From contig JBARHV010000127.1 of assembly GCA_049799415.1 (NCBI GenBank), positions 5,031-69,030 of the forward strand: a DNA stretch of 64,000 nt, written 5' to 3'. The notes beneath the pieces were generated by a model. It saw only the letters and a list, made by a program, of their open reading frames with translations, was not told the origin of the DNA and searched no databases. Positions 1 through 9,110 of this stretch are shown here, piece after piece. Every line of letters begins with the position of its first letter. Within the stretch, counting starts at the first letter, position 1. The position numbers and the translations under genes are program-made. The stretch is from Silvibacterium sp. (GTDB taxonomy: Bacteria; Acidobacteriota; Terriglobia; Terriglobales; Acidobacteriaceae).

Positions 1-187
1 ACACCTGCGGCGGCTCGAAGTGCTGCCTGGCCTTACCGGGCTGTGGCAGGTGCACGCCCGTCAGGATGCCTCATTCGACCGATATATAGCGCTCGACACC
101 GCATACGTGGAGAACTGGAGCTTCTGGCTTGATATGAAGATCATCTGCCGCACGGCGGAAGTTGTTCTGCGCGGCACAGGTACCTAG
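1..187 (+). CDS. Sugar transferase (Bac_transf family), C-terminal part; 5' end outside the window
   Basis: Frame from nt 2 reads RRLEVLPGLTGLWQV...LDTAYVENWSFWLDMKIICRT, the typical priming glycosyltransferase C-terminus; TAG at 185-187. Confidence 0.9.
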   Translation, partial: HLRRLEVLPGLTGLWQVHARQDASFDRYIALDTAYVENWSFWLDMKIICRTAEVVLRGTGT

Positions 188-232
188 AGCCTGTTATTAA
201 TTTTCGCGCGGGAAAGTTAATAACAGGCTCTA
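185..232. terminator. Inverted repeat between convergent genes, probably a bidirectional terminator
   Basis: TAGAGCCTGTTATTAA (185-200) and TTAATAACAGGCTCTA (217-232) are exact reverse complements. Confidence 0.6.
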
Positions 233-239
233 AGTCGCC

Positions 240-989
240 TCAGTCCGGATCCACCCCAGCAAACAAACTCGCATCGTCCTCCACGCTGATCTGCCCCTTC
301 GCAGCGGCCAGCAGATAGCGCTCCGTCGCGCGGTGCTTATCAATATTGTCTTTCACCCGATCCAGAACGCCTGCCTGCGAGCTGTGTTTTCGAAATGCCT
401 CCCATTTGCGTTCTGCAAATGTACCGAGATCGAGCGTTAACGAATAGGGAACGGTGGCAGCGCCGGAGAGCTCCGGGCGATTGCGCACGGCCACAAACGG
501 TGTGCTCGCGTAGTACAGCTTCTGCGGAGCAAACGGCGCAAGACCCTGTTCCGGGAAAAACTCTGGACGGCCTGACCAGTGGAATGCCGCGGTCACCGCA
601 GCCGACACCACCGTATGGTCGCGATGCAGATTGACGCTGCCATCGCCGCCGAAGGTGAGAATGACCTGCGGCCGCAGCGAGCGAATGTGCCCGGCAATAT
701 CGCCGGTGAGCCTGTAGAAATCCTGCCGCGGCAACTCGCCGTCGGGATAGTGCAGCACCTCATGTCGCGTGACGCCCAGCAGATCGCAGGCCGCGGCCAG
801 CTCTGCTCGGCGCTGCCGTCCAAGTTCGGCATCATCTTCCACGCCTCCGCGAAAATGCGCCGCCTGACCGTCGGTGAGGCACAGCAAACTGGTCTCCACG
901 CCGTCGTGGTGCGCCATGAGCAGCGCTCCGCCAAAGGCTCCGCTTTCGTCGTCAGGATGTGCGGTGATGCAAAGAAGGCGATGAGACAA
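240..989 (-). CDS. PIG-L/LmbE family deacetylase
   Basis: AHPDDE and H-x-D-H (LHRDH) motifs. Confidence 0.9.
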   Translation of the reverse strand: MSHRLLCITAHPDDESGAFGGALLMAHHDGVETSLLCLTDGQAAHFRGGVEDDAELGRQRRAELAAACDLLGVTRHEVLHYPDGELPRQDFYRLTGDIAGHIRSLRPQVILTFGGDGSVNLHRDHTVVSAAVTAAFHWSGRPEFFPEQGLAPFAPQKLYYASTPFVAVRNRPELSGAATVPYSLTLDLGTFAERKWEAFRKHSSQAGVLDRVKDNIDKHRATERYLLAAAKGQISVEDDASLFAGVDPD

Positions 990-998
990 GGAAGTTCC

Positions 999-1739
999 TC
1001 AAACAAGAAGTGGATGGTCCCAGGGCAGGGAAGTCTGCGCTACGGGACGAAAGCTTTTTCGATGCAGCGGGCACGGGCCATGCTTCTCAAGCGCGGCCAG
1101 ATGTTCCGGCGTGCTGTAGCCCTTGTGAGACGCCAGCCCATACTGCGGATAAACATCATGAAGCTCGCACATTTTGCGGTCGCGATAGACCTTGGCGACG
1201 ACGGATGCGGCTGCAATCGAAATCGACAGTGAATCGCCATAGATGATACTGGTCTGCGCGCAGTCGATGTCGAGCCGCATCGCGTCGATGAGCAGGTAAT
1301 CGGGAGAGATCGCGAGCTTCCTCACCGCAGCAGTCATCGCCAACCGCGTAGCCTGGTAGATATTCACGCGGTCGATGGTTTCCGAATCGATCTCTTCAAC
1401 AGCAACCGCCATCGCCTTGCGCTCGACAATCGCAGCCAGACGCTCGCGGTCTTCGCGCACAAGCTGCTTTGAGTCGCGCAACCCTCGAATGCGTGTGTCG
1501 GGAGGCAGAATGACAGCCGCGGCTACGACCGGACCGAACAGAGCACCGCGGCCCACTTCGTCTACGCCGGCAATGCAGCTTGCGCCCTGCGCGCGGGCGG
1601 CTTTCTCATACTTATTGCCGCAGACCAGTGTACGCAGCATCCGCATTTTGAGCGTGGCCGCAGAGACACTCTCCACAGCATCCTGCACATCAGGAGCGTG
1701 AAGAGAAAATTCGCCATAATTCTGAGCGGCGCGAGACAT
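999..1739 (-). CDS. rnhB: Ribonuclease HII
   Basis: AGVDEVGRGALFGPVVAAAV, DSK, SIAAASVVAKV and HKGY motifs; lies downstream of rplS; start taken as the ATG of MSRAAQ rather than the longer track ORF. Confidence 0.93.
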   Translation of the reverse strand: MSRAAQNYGEFSLHAPDVQDAVESVSAATLKMRMLRTLVCGNKYEKAARAQGASCIAGVDEVGRGALFGPVVAAAVILPPDTRIRGLRDSKQLVREDRERLAAIVERKAMAVAVEEIDSETIDRVNIYQATRLAMTAAVRKLAISPDYLLIDAMRLDIDCAQTSIIYGDSLSISIAAASVVAKVYRDRKMCELHDVYPQYGLASHKGYSTPEHLAALEKHGPCPLHRKSFRPVAQTSLPWDHPLLV

Positions 1740-1780
1740 TAAAAGAAGTGTAGCGCGAACCATCGCTGGCGGACACACAA

Positions 1781-1808
1781 ACGCCCCGGCAGCTGCAACC
1801 CGGGGCGT
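1781..1808 (-). terminator. Hairpin downstream of rplS
   Basis: ACGCCCCGG...CCGGGGCGT stem followed by a short T-rich tail on the minus strand. Confidence 0.55.
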
Positions 1809-1821
1809 CGTGGAAAATGGG

Positions 1822-2175
1822 TTAGGAGCGCTCGACTTCTTTGAGTCGCGCAGCCTTGCCGCGAAGCTCGCGGAGATAGAAGAGACGGGCGCGGCGAACC
1901 TTGGCCGAACGGACCTTCTCAACTTTATCCACGACTTTGGAGTTGAAGGGGAAGATACGCTCCACGCCGTGTCCAAAGCTCATTTTGCGGACGGTGAAGC
2001 TGCCCTGCGCGCCGTTTTTGCGCGCAATCACAACACCCTCAAAGGCCTGAAGACGCTCTTTATCGCCTTCCTTGATCTTGACCTGCACGCGCACCGTGTC
2101 GCCCGCGCCAAAGGCGGGAAGGTCGGTACGATTGAGTTTCTCGGCAAGCCGCTGCATAACTGGATGAATAGACAT
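1822..2175 (-). CDS. rplS: 50S ribosomal protein L19
   Basis: [35 protein letters not shown]. Confidence 0.98.
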   Translation of the reverse strand: MSIHPVMQRLAEKLNRTDLPAFGAGDTVRVQVKIKEGDKERLQAFEGVVIARKNGAQGSFTVRKMSFGHGVERIFPFNSKVVDKVEKVRSAKVRRARLFYLRELRGKAARLKEVERS

Positions 2176-2255
2176 AATGCTTTCCTGGTACTTGATTCGG
2201 AACTTCTAGTTTACACAAAAATGAGGGCTCTGCGCACGGCAAAAGGTCATTCGCC

Positions 2256-2672
2256 TTACTTGTCGAGCACCGTCTTGCAGAAAGAAGATGCGGTGAGAAT
2301 GCGGGCCTTCCCGATGCGGCGACGTTCCAGCAGGCCTGACCGTTTATCGCCAGTGATCAGGTAGTGTGCTCCGGCTGCCGCTGCAAGGTTCAGCAAATAT
2401 GCGTCATGAACATCCGCTGCTTCGTGCAGGACAGGGAAACGGTCGAAGACAGTTGCACGCTGAAGATGATTGAGCAGCGAGCCAAAGATGTGAGCCGGGA
2501 CGAGAGCGCGGAGCTTTGGATAGTGACTGGCGCGGCGAAGCTCCTCCAGTTGCTCAGGACAAGTGACCACTTCAAAACGGCCTTCTCGCCACGCTTTGAA
2601 GATCCTGTGAGGAGCACCTTGAGCAGAAATCAACGCGCTGATGAGAATATTGCTGTCCAGCACGATAAGCAT
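2256..2672 (-). CDS. PIN-domain toxin (PIN_3-type)
   Basis: IVLDSNILISAL N-terminus, D-x-x-D and LITGDK motifs; start overlaps the antitoxin stop (TGATG). Confidence 0.88.
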   Translation of the reverse strand: MLIVLDSNILISALISAQGAPHRIFKAWREGRFEVVTCPEQLEELRRASHYPKLRALVPAHIFGSLLNHLQRATVFDRFPVLHEAADVHDAYLLNLAAAAGAHYLITGDKRSGLLERRRIGKARILTASSFCKTVLDK

Positions 2673-2917
2673 CAACGATGCCGTGCCCACGCCAGCGCCT
2701 CATCGATGATCGACTCAATTTCTTTCTGTGGCCGATCGGCATTCTTCGCTTTCACTTGTTCGACCGTGAGTTCCCAAATGCGCGCCTGAACTGCCGCCTC
2801 AACAAAGCGAGACAAATCTCCCTTGTGTCCCCCGCCCGATCCTGCAAGATATTGGCGAAGCGCCTGGTCCGTTTCCGAAGAAACAACAAGGTTCCAGCGA
2901 GTTGCGGAGGTTGACAT
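2672..2917 (-). CDS. Ribbon-helix-helix (CopG-like) antitoxin
   Basis: RWNLVVS beta strand followed by helices (GDLSRFVEAAV); translationally coupled upstream of the PIN gene. Confidence 0.8.
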   Translation of the reverse strand: MSTSATRWNLVVSSETDQALRQYLAGSGGGHKGDLSRFVEAAVQARIWELTVEQVKAKNADRPQKEIESIIDEALAWARHR

Positions 2918-2971
2918 TTTCGTCTCCTTGCAACTTATTATACGCATATCCGCATAAACACATATGCATAA

Positions 2972-3781
2972 TTAGGAGTCAAGCCTGAACTTTCTCAGAA
3001 ACTTCCGGTCCTCCGCTGAAAGCTCGGCGCCCTCCAGCAGATCGGGCCGGTTCCTGAGCGTCTTTTCCAGTGCTCTCTCGCGCCGCCAGCGACGAATTGC
3101 GGCATGATCCCCGCCCGCCAGCACCTCCGGCACGGCCAGTCCGCGAAACTCTGCCGGACGCGTGTAGTGCGGATAGTCGAGTAACCCGCCAGCGCCGTGT
3201 GTGGAGCGCGGCGGCCCTTCCGAATCCGGAGCGAAGGACGCATCTGTCTGCCCAAAGCTTTCATATGCGCTTGACGCCTCGTTACCCAGCACGCCCGGCA
3301 GCAGGCGCATGGTCGCATCGACAATCACAGCCGCGCCCAGCTCGCCGCCTGAGAGAACGTAGTCACCGATGGAAAGCTCGCGATCGCACGCCAGCTCGTT
3401 CACGCGCTCGTCCACGCCCTCATACCGTCCGCAGAGCAGTACCACTCGCTCCAGCGCAGACAACTCCTGCGCAATGCTCTGCGTGAATCGCGCCCCCTGT
3501 GCGGAGAGCAGGACCACGGATTCCCGGGCAGCATCGCGTGAAGTCTTCGCCGCAACACCGAGCGACTCGACAGCGTCGATCAGCGGTTCCGGTTTAAGCA
3601 CCATGCCTTCGCCGCCGCCAAAGGGCCGGTCGTCGACGGTGCGGTGCCGGTCATGCGTAAACTCGCGCAGGTCGTGGAGGCCGATCTCGATCAGGCCATT
3701 GGCAATCGCGCGCTTCACGACACCGTGTCCGAAGATGCCGCCGAAAAAATCAGGAAAGATCGTAATGATGTCGAAGCGCAT
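2972..3781 (-). CDS. trmD: tRNA (guanine-37-N1)-methyltransferase
   Basis: VDDRPFGGGEGM, CGRYEGVDER, SIGDYVLSGGE, YPHYTRP. Confidence 0.98.
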   Translation of the reverse strand: MRFDIITIFPDFFGGIFGHGVVKRAIANGLIEIGLHDLREFTHDRHRTVDDRPFGGGEGMVLKPEPLIDAVESLGVAAKTSRDAARESVVLLSAQGARFTQSIAQELSALERVVLLCGRYEGVDERVNELACDRELSIGDYVLSGGELGAAVIVDATMRLLPGVLGNEASSAYESFGQTDASFAPDSEGPPRSTHGAGGLLDYPHYTRPAEFRGLAVPEVLAGGDHAAIRRWRRERALEKTLRNRPDLLEGAELSAEDRKFLRKFRLDS

Positions 3782-3787
3782 GTTTAG

Positions 3788-4390
3788 CTATTCGCTGTCA
3801 GAGGAGGCATCCTGCGTACGCCGCTCTTCGTCCGTTACAGGAGCGTTGATTTCGAGCAGGCCCGCCGGGAGCCGCATCTCAATTCGTTTCGCCGCAAGAT
3901 CCATCGTAACCAGATAGGCCTTCGCAAAGGGAATCAGGACCTCGTCTCCGCCTTCGGTTTTTACCACCAGCAGCCCAGCCTCGCGATCGATATCTACAAC
4001 GACACCCACAGATGAGGGCGTGCTGTTCAAATCAATCACCCGGCAGCCGACGAGGTCCGCAATATAGATGGAGCCATCCGTAAGCTCCGCTCGTTCGCTG
4101 GCCGGAATGGCGACCCACTGTCCGCGCAGAGTTTCCGCGGCAGGAATCGAATCGATACCGGCAAACTTGAGCACGACGCGGCCCTTGTGAAGCCAGTGGT
4201 TTTCCAAAGCAATTTCGCGTACAGGGTGCTGACCGGTTTCCGATGGAACCAGGAAGAGCCGCCTGCGGTCCGCAAAGCGCTCGGGAAAATCAGTGAGGAT
4301 GTCAGCCAGAATTTCGCCGTGCCGCCCTTGCGGACGAACGAGCCGTGCAACCATTGTCCAGGGCTCGCCTGCCTGCGTTTCAGACGTCAT
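3788..4390 (-). CDS. rimM: 16S rRNA processing protein RimM
   Basis: RPQGRHGE, YIADLVGC, EVLIPFA; canonical operon position. Confidence 0.95.
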   Translation of the reverse strand: MTSETQAGEPWTMVARLVRPQGRHGEILADILTDFPERFADRRRLFLVPSETGQHPVREIALENHWLHKGRVVLKFAGIDSIPAAETLRGQWVAIPASERAELTDGSIYIADLVGCRVIDLNSTPSSVGVVVDIDREAGLLVVKTEGGDEVLIPFAKAYLVTMDLAAKRIEMRLPAGLLEINAPVTDEERRTQDASSDSE

Positions 4391-4393
4391 GAT

Positions 4394-4690
4394 TTACGAA
4401 TCAGGCTGCGTATCCGGAGGCCCATGTTTGTCTTCTTCCAGGATATCGAGCGTGTAGCGGTGGTGGTACTTCATGCTCACCGCTCCCAGAATGGTTCGCA
4501 TCGACCGCGCTGTGCGGCCCTGCTTGCCGATTACTTTGCCGACATCCGTTGGTGCAACGCGGAGGCGGAGAACAGTATTCTCCGGGCGTTTCACCGCTTC
4601 AACGATAACAGCATTCGGCTCGTCGACCAGGGCGCGGGCAATTTCGGTCACCAGCTCCTGCATCTCGTCGGGCCGTTCTTCGTGGGTCAT
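4394..4690 (-). CDS. khpA: KH-domain RNA-binding protein (KhpA/YlqC family)
   Basis: DVGKVIGKQGRTA GxxG loop; located between rpsP and rimM. Confidence 0.92.
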   Translation of the reverse strand: MTHEERPDEMQELVTEIARALVDEPNAVIVEAVKRPENTVLRLRVAPTDVGKVIGKQGRTARSMRTILGAVSMKYHHRYTLDILEEDKHGPPDTQPDS

Positions 4691-4866
4691 TGACTTACCC
4701 CCTTGAGGCGTGGGTGTTTCGCTCTCGGGCTCGCGTCATAGTATCAGTAACTCTGTACGGAAGACAGAGGAATTCTCAGTCTTTGGAGCAAATATATACG
4801 GGATTACTGATCGTGGTTACGGTCAAAAGGGGGTAGGACGATAGAACCAGCTTAAGCCCGGTTGGC

Positions 4867-5115
4867 TTAAGCTGCGGCTGGCTCAGGCTGCTTGGCCACC
4901 AGTTTAGCGACCCGGTCTGAGAACTGGGCTCCCTTGCTGGTCCAGTAGTCAATGCGCTCCCGCTTCAGATCAACCGAAGCCGGGTTGGTGCGCGGATTGT
5001 AAGTGCCGACTACCTCGATAAAACGGCCATTGCGGGCACGCTCTTTTTCAATCACCACAACGCGGTAATAGGGCTGTTTGCGCGCGCCAAAACGCGCGAG
5101 ACGAATCATCAACAC
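4867..5115 (-). CDS. rpsP: 30S ribosomal protein S16
   Basis: IRLARFGARKQPYYRVVV, RNGRFIEVVGTYNP. Confidence 0.98.
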   Translation of the reverse strand: MLMIRLARFGARKQPYYRVVVIEKERARNGRFIEVVGTYNPRTNPASVDLKRERIDYWTSKGAQFSDRVAKLVAKQPEPAAA

Positions 5116-5195
5116 AGAGGAAATCCTTTCAAAATAGCTCCATTCAGTATAGCCGAAAAGCGATTAAAAAGAGCGCTTCAGCAAAAAGCGGTCGG

Positions 5196-6008
5196 CTACG
5201 CGGGGAACAGAAACCGCAGCATCGGCCGCACCCGCTCCGCCCATGCCCCTTCATCATGCGTGCCGTCCGGTATGTGCTCATAGCTCAGATCGATGCCCGG
5301 GCGCCAGCCCTTCGCGCGCAGTCTCCGCTCCAGCAGGTCCGCGTCTCCAACGGCTCGCTTACCCTCCGCATCGCCAATATCCAGCCACATCCGGGGTCGT
5401 GCGCGCAGCCTGTTAGCGGCCTCGCCGACCAGGCTTAAAATCACCCGGTGATTCCACCACACCGACGGCGAAAGTACGGCCAGCCTGCCAAAGATATCTT
5501 CATATTTCAGGCCAAGATACAGCGCCGCCAGCGCACCCATCGATGAGCCACCCAGCCCGGTATACGCCGCGCCCGGCTTAACCTTATAGTGAGCAGCGAT
5601 GAAGGGAAGCAATTCCTCCACCAGCAACCGTCCGTATTTGTCTGCCTCGCCGCCGCCCATCTTCCAGTCCCGCGTCGGCGTGTACTCGGCCACGCGCCGC
5701 TCTCCGGCATTCGCAATACCCACGATCATCGGCGGCTCAACCTCTCCGGCCCGGATGGCCGCAGCGGCGGATTCCCCCCGCCGCCCGCAGCGCCCCGCCG
5801 CAAAGGAGTTCTCCGCATGAAAGAGGTTTTGCCCATCCTGCATATAGAGGACTGGGTAACTTAGGTCGGAATCATCGTCGTAGCCCGGAGGCAGGTAAAC
5901 CGTCACATCGCGATCGTCGGGCAGAAAGCGGCTGTGGAAGCGAGGATGCACGCGCAGCCTGGGAGCGGAAGACCATCTTTGCGGGTCTATCTGCGCTGAA
6001 GCCTGCAA
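5196..6008 (-). CDS. Alpha/beta hydrolase-fold esterase (IroE/Fes-like family)
   Basis: YPVLYMQDGQNLF, GSSMG nucleophile elbow, HDEGAW. Confidence 0.88.
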   Translation of the reverse strand: MQASAQIDPQRWSSAPRLRVHPRFHSRFLPDDRDVTVYLPPGYDDDSDLSYPVLYMQDGQNLFHAENSFAAGRCGRRGESAAAAIRAGEVEPPMIVGIANAGERRVAEYTPTRDWKMGGGEADKYGRLLVEELLPFIAAHYKVKPGAAYTGLGGSSMGALAALYLGLKYEDIFGRLAVLSPSVWWNHRVILSLVGEAANRLRARPRMWLDIGDAEGKRAVGDADLLERRLRAKGWRPGIDLSYEHIPDGTHDEGAWAERVRPMLRFLFPA

Positions 6009-6106
6009 CCGCCCCTCCCTCGCGCCAAGAGTTCCTGGATCCTCGCCGCTGCCAGTTACAGTAACAGGAAAAACGCCGGGCAGGCGTCCCGTCGATGCTA
6101 GCGAGT

Positions 6107-6322
6107 CTAGTAGGCGCGTGCGCCCGGACGGCCAGTCCCGCGAATGAGCCGCACCGGCAGGAAGATCAACGCGGCAACCAGCTCCAGCGCGCCTTCAACA
6201 GCAATGCCCACCAGCCGGAACGGCAACAGAAGCAGCCAGACCACGGGGTAAAGCACAATCGCCAGCAGCGCCAGCGGCCAGCAAAACACAAACAGCAGAC
6301 ACCACAGAAGAAACTTAAGCAT
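6107..6322 (-). CDS. Small hydrophobic membrane protein
   Basis: MLKFLLWCLLFVFCWPLALLAIVLYPVVWLLLLPFR; GGAG ribosome-binding site upstream. Confidence 0.7.
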   Translation of the reverse strand: MLKFLLWCLLFVFCWPLALLAIVLYPVVWLLLLPFRLVGIAVEGALELVAALIFLPVRLIRGTGRPGARAY

Positions 6323-6426
6323 TAATCGCCACTCCGATGATTGTATGTACGAATCCCGGCGCACACTGGTTCCAACCTCCGGTCAGGGCGCACAGCAACT
6401 CCACCGCGCACCCAGCCCTTGGAGCC

Positions 6427-6867
6427 TCAGTGCGGCCGGAACGTCTTGCCAGATTCAATCAGCGTCTTCAGCCGGGAAAGAATTCGCGGCCATGCATCCG
6501 CGCAGGAGGCATAGCCGTCATCGTCCTCGGCCCACTGGTCATGTGTCACAGAGACCCGCGTAGCCTCCGTCTCCGGTGCAAGCTCAAGCGTGACCCGGGA
6601 AACCTTGCTCGACTCGCCAAGCGCAAACGTGTACTGCAACAAACTCGGCGGTTTGCACTGCTGTATCTCGCCGCGCACATAAACAGTATGCTTGCCGTCG
6701 GCCCCGGTGCCGACCCAGCGCATCGCCCCGCCCGGCTTCAGATCAGCTTCAAGTTCGGCCCCCATAAACAAAATGCGGTTGGACTCAGCCGAAACAAAAC
6801 CCTCCCAGACTTTTTCAGGAGGTGCGGCGAAGTAGAAGACAAAATGCATCGGAGTTTGCTCTGCCAT
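6427..6867 (-). CDS. SRPBCC/AHSA1 domain protein
   Basis: APPEKVWE, ADLKPGG, WPRILSRLKTLIE; start at MAEQTP, because the longer track ORF only reads through the tandem repeat. Confidence 0.85.
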   Translation of the reverse strand: MAEQTPMHFVFYFAAPPEKVWEGFVSAESNRILFMGAELEADLKPGGAMRWVGTGADGKHTVYVRGEIQQCKPPSLLQYTFALGESSKVSRVTLELAPETEATRVSVTHDQWAEDDDGYASCADAWPRILSRLKTLIESGKTFRPH

Positions 6868-6949
6868 AGGATCACCTTCAGTTCTTAGATTGACGTGCAA
6901 AGACAATGCCAGCAAATGCGTCCTCTCGTGAGCTGGCAACAACCACACT

Positions 6950-7173
6950 CCACGACCAACGGGAGTGGCCACGCGAAGCCGTTGCCTGGACGGCCAGTCC
7001 CACGACCAACGGGAGTGGCCACGCGAAGCCATTGCCCGGACGGTCAGTCCCACGACCAACGGGAAGTGGCCAAGCGAAGCCATTGCCTGGACGGTCAGTC
7101 CCACGACCAAAGGGAAGTGGCCAAGCGAAGCCATTGCCTGGACGGTCAGTCCCACGACCAAAGGGAGTGGCCA
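6950..7173. repeat. Intergenic tandem repeat of about 4.5 units of 50-51 nt
   Basis: Unit CCACGACCAACGGGA(A)GTGGCCA(C/A)GCGAAGCC(G/A)TTGCCTGGACGG(C/T)CAGTC at about 6950, 7000, 7050, 7101 and a partial unit at 7152. Confidence 0.92.
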
Positions 7174-7224
7174 GCAAAGCAAAGTCCAGGAAGGCGCGAA
7201 GCGCGTGTGCCCGTGCGGCCAGCA

Positions 7225-7725
7225 CTAGTTCTCGTCCGCGGAGGGCCCATAGATAGCCGGAACGCTGGAACCTAGAAGCCGCAGATACACGGTCAACTGA
7301 CCGCGATGATGCGCCAGATGGCTGAATGTATCGGTAATCATCACATGCCGCGGCGCCTCGTTGAGTACCCGCCCACCCAATACCAGTCGCCACGGCTTTA
7401 GCAGGTGCTCTTCGGTTGTGGCCTGCAGCGCCTTGCGCGCGTTGGTGGCGTTCTCCTCCAGCAGTTTGACCAGGCCCGCTCTTGTTGCCACCGGCTTGGT
7501 CCTGAACTTCTCGCTTGCTGGATCGTCCAGATTCAGTTCGTCCCGCTCAATCATCAGAACCACCCATCCCGGCATAGTGGCCGAAAGCGATGCCAGCTTC
7601 CCCAGCTCCATCGATTTCTCGTGCGGCTTCCAGTCATTGCGTCCCTCAGGCACGCGCTCCACCGCCTTCCTCGACGATGCTGCTTCACGGTCCAGTTGCG
7701 CTAGAAAAATCTCTCTGAGTTCCAT
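7225..7725 (-). CDS. DinB/YfiT family protein (four-helix metalloprotein, not Pol IV)
   Basis: WKPHEKSM, HLAHHRGQLTVYLRLLG..VPAIYGPSADE. Confidence 0.9.
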   Translation of the reverse strand: MELREIFLAQLDREAASSRKAVERVPEGRNDWKPHEKSMELGKLASLSATMPGWVVLMIERDELNLDDPASEKFRTKPVATRAGLVKLLEENATNARKALQATTEEHLLKPWRLVLGGRVLNEAPRHVMITDTFSHLAHHRGQLTVYLRLLGSSVPAIYGPSADEN

Positions 7726-7925
7726 CACTGCTCCTTTTCTCACTGTGATTCGTTTGCGGATGTGGCTGGGGAGTTTTCCCAACCGGATAAAACATGCAAT
7801 CAACCAGACTCAGGTTGCGCGGCGCTGTCGTCGATTCGCGACAATCTGCGCTCTCCGCTTCGAAGAGGAAGGGAAAGCCGTCGTCCTGAGCGTTTCGAGC
7901 CATAGGTAGAAATTAAAACCGCATA

Positions 7926-7944
7926 TATGACAAGTAATGTCATA
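7926..7944. promoter_or_regulatory. Palindromic operator, probable WYL regulator site
   Basis: TATGACA-N5-TGTCATA perfect palindrome between the divergent DinB-family and WYL genes. Confidence 0.7.
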
Positions 7945-7992
7945 ATTCAAAAAGAAAATAAGAAGAATGATGAGCGAACGGAAAACGCGCGC

Positions 7993-8946
7993 ATGAAGTC
8001 CGACCGTCTGCTCTCAGCCCTCTTGCTCTTACAGGCCCACGGTCGCCTCACCGGGCGTGAGCTCTCCGAGCGGCTTGAGGTCTCGGAGCGCACCATTCAT
8101 CGCGATATGGAGTCTCTCAGTGCCGCCGGCATTCCTATCTCTGCTTTGCGCGGGGCGCAGGGCGGTTGGCAGCTCGAAAAAGGCTGGCGCACGCAGGTTC
8201 CCGGCATGGACTCCGCCGAGTTGAACGCCTTGTTGATGGCGCAGCCCCGCTCCCTCGGCGATCCACGACTGGCCGCTGCCGCGGAGCGGGCGTTTCAAAA
8301 GCTATTGGCCTCGCTCTCCGGCCCCATGCGCGCAAGGGCCGAGGCCATTCGAGAGCGGCTCTATGTGGATGCAAGCGGTTGGCACCCCTCGACCGAGGAC
8401 CTGTCCTTGCTCGCCGACGTTCAGGATGCGGTCGCGCGCGACTGCAAAATCACTTTTAACTACACCCGCGCCGACGGGCAGAGTGGACCAAGGACCGTCG
8501 ATCCGCTGGGGCTGGTGGCAAAGGGCGCAAGCTGGTATCTGGTCGCGCGCACACCCGATGGATTACGGACCTACCGGGTTTCGCGCATGAAGTCATTCAT
8601 CGCTCTGGCCATTTCCTGTGAGCGTCCCGAAGGTTTTGATCTGGCCGCATACTGGAAGGAGTCGACCACGCAGTTCGAGCGCCAGCGCCGGCAGTATGAG
8701 GCCACGTTGCTGCTCGACGAGCAAGCGGTACGGCGCGTCACAGAGTGGTGGCCAACCTCGCCGGACGCCGCTGCCCCTCCTGCTCCCGAAGGCTGGCGCA
8801 AACTGCGGATCAAGTTTGAAAGTGAGGAGCAGGCCCGCTTTGTCGCTCTCGGTCTTGGCCCCGGAGCGCAGGTCGTGGCTCCCGCCAGTCTGCGCGCTCG
8901 CGTCCAGGCCGATGCCCGCGCCGTTCTGGCTCGTGATCAGGCCTGA
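7993..8946 (+). CDS. HTH-WYL-WCX transcriptional regulator (YafY family)
   Basis: HTH_11 ELSERLEVSERTIHRDM, GAQGGW, VDPLGLV..WYLV..RTYRVSR. Confidence 0.93.
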   Translation: MKSDRLLSALLLLQAHGRLTGRELSERLEVSERTIHRDMESLSAAGIPISALRGAQGGWQLEKGWRTQVPGMDSAELNALLMAQPRSLGDPRLAAAAERAFQKLLASLSGPMRARAEAIRERLYVDASGWHPSTEDLSLLADVQDAVARDCKITFNYTRADGQSGPRTVDPLGLVAKGASWYLVARTPDGLRTYRVSRMKSFIALAISCERPEGFDLAAYWKESTTQFERQRRQYEATLLLDEQAVRRVTEWWPTSPDAAAPPAPEGWRKLRIKFESEEQARFVALGLGPGAQVVAPASLRARVQADARAVLARDQA

Positions 8947-9082
8947 GAAGCAGCAGCCGAAATCTGTCAAGCCCCCAAAGCACAGCGTCTCTTTCAACCA
9001 GTTCATTCCAAAGGAAATACAGTTTTGGCTAAATTGCATGCGATATCCCTCCAGCCTGATAAAATAGAAAGAGAGGGGTAAG

Positions 9083-9110
9083 AAAAAAGAGCCGCCAAGG
9101 GCGGCTCTTT
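9083..9110. terminator. Rho-independent terminator-like hairpin
   Basis: AAAAAAGAGCCGCC-loop-GGCGGCTCTTT. Confidence 0.7.

Noticed and set aside
5761..5815. Odd GC-rich patch in the esterase (AAGRCGRRGESAAAA)
   Set aside because: Looks like local sequencing or consensus noise or simple divergence; the frame is intact and it cannot be judged without reads.
6950..7173. Possible CRISPR array
   Set aside because: Units are near-identical along their whole length with no unique spacers, and there are no cas genes in the window.
6868..7393. ORFs with repeated peptides, including the N-terminal extension of 6427..7182
   Set aside because: They are translations of the tandem DNA repeat, which stays open in several frames.
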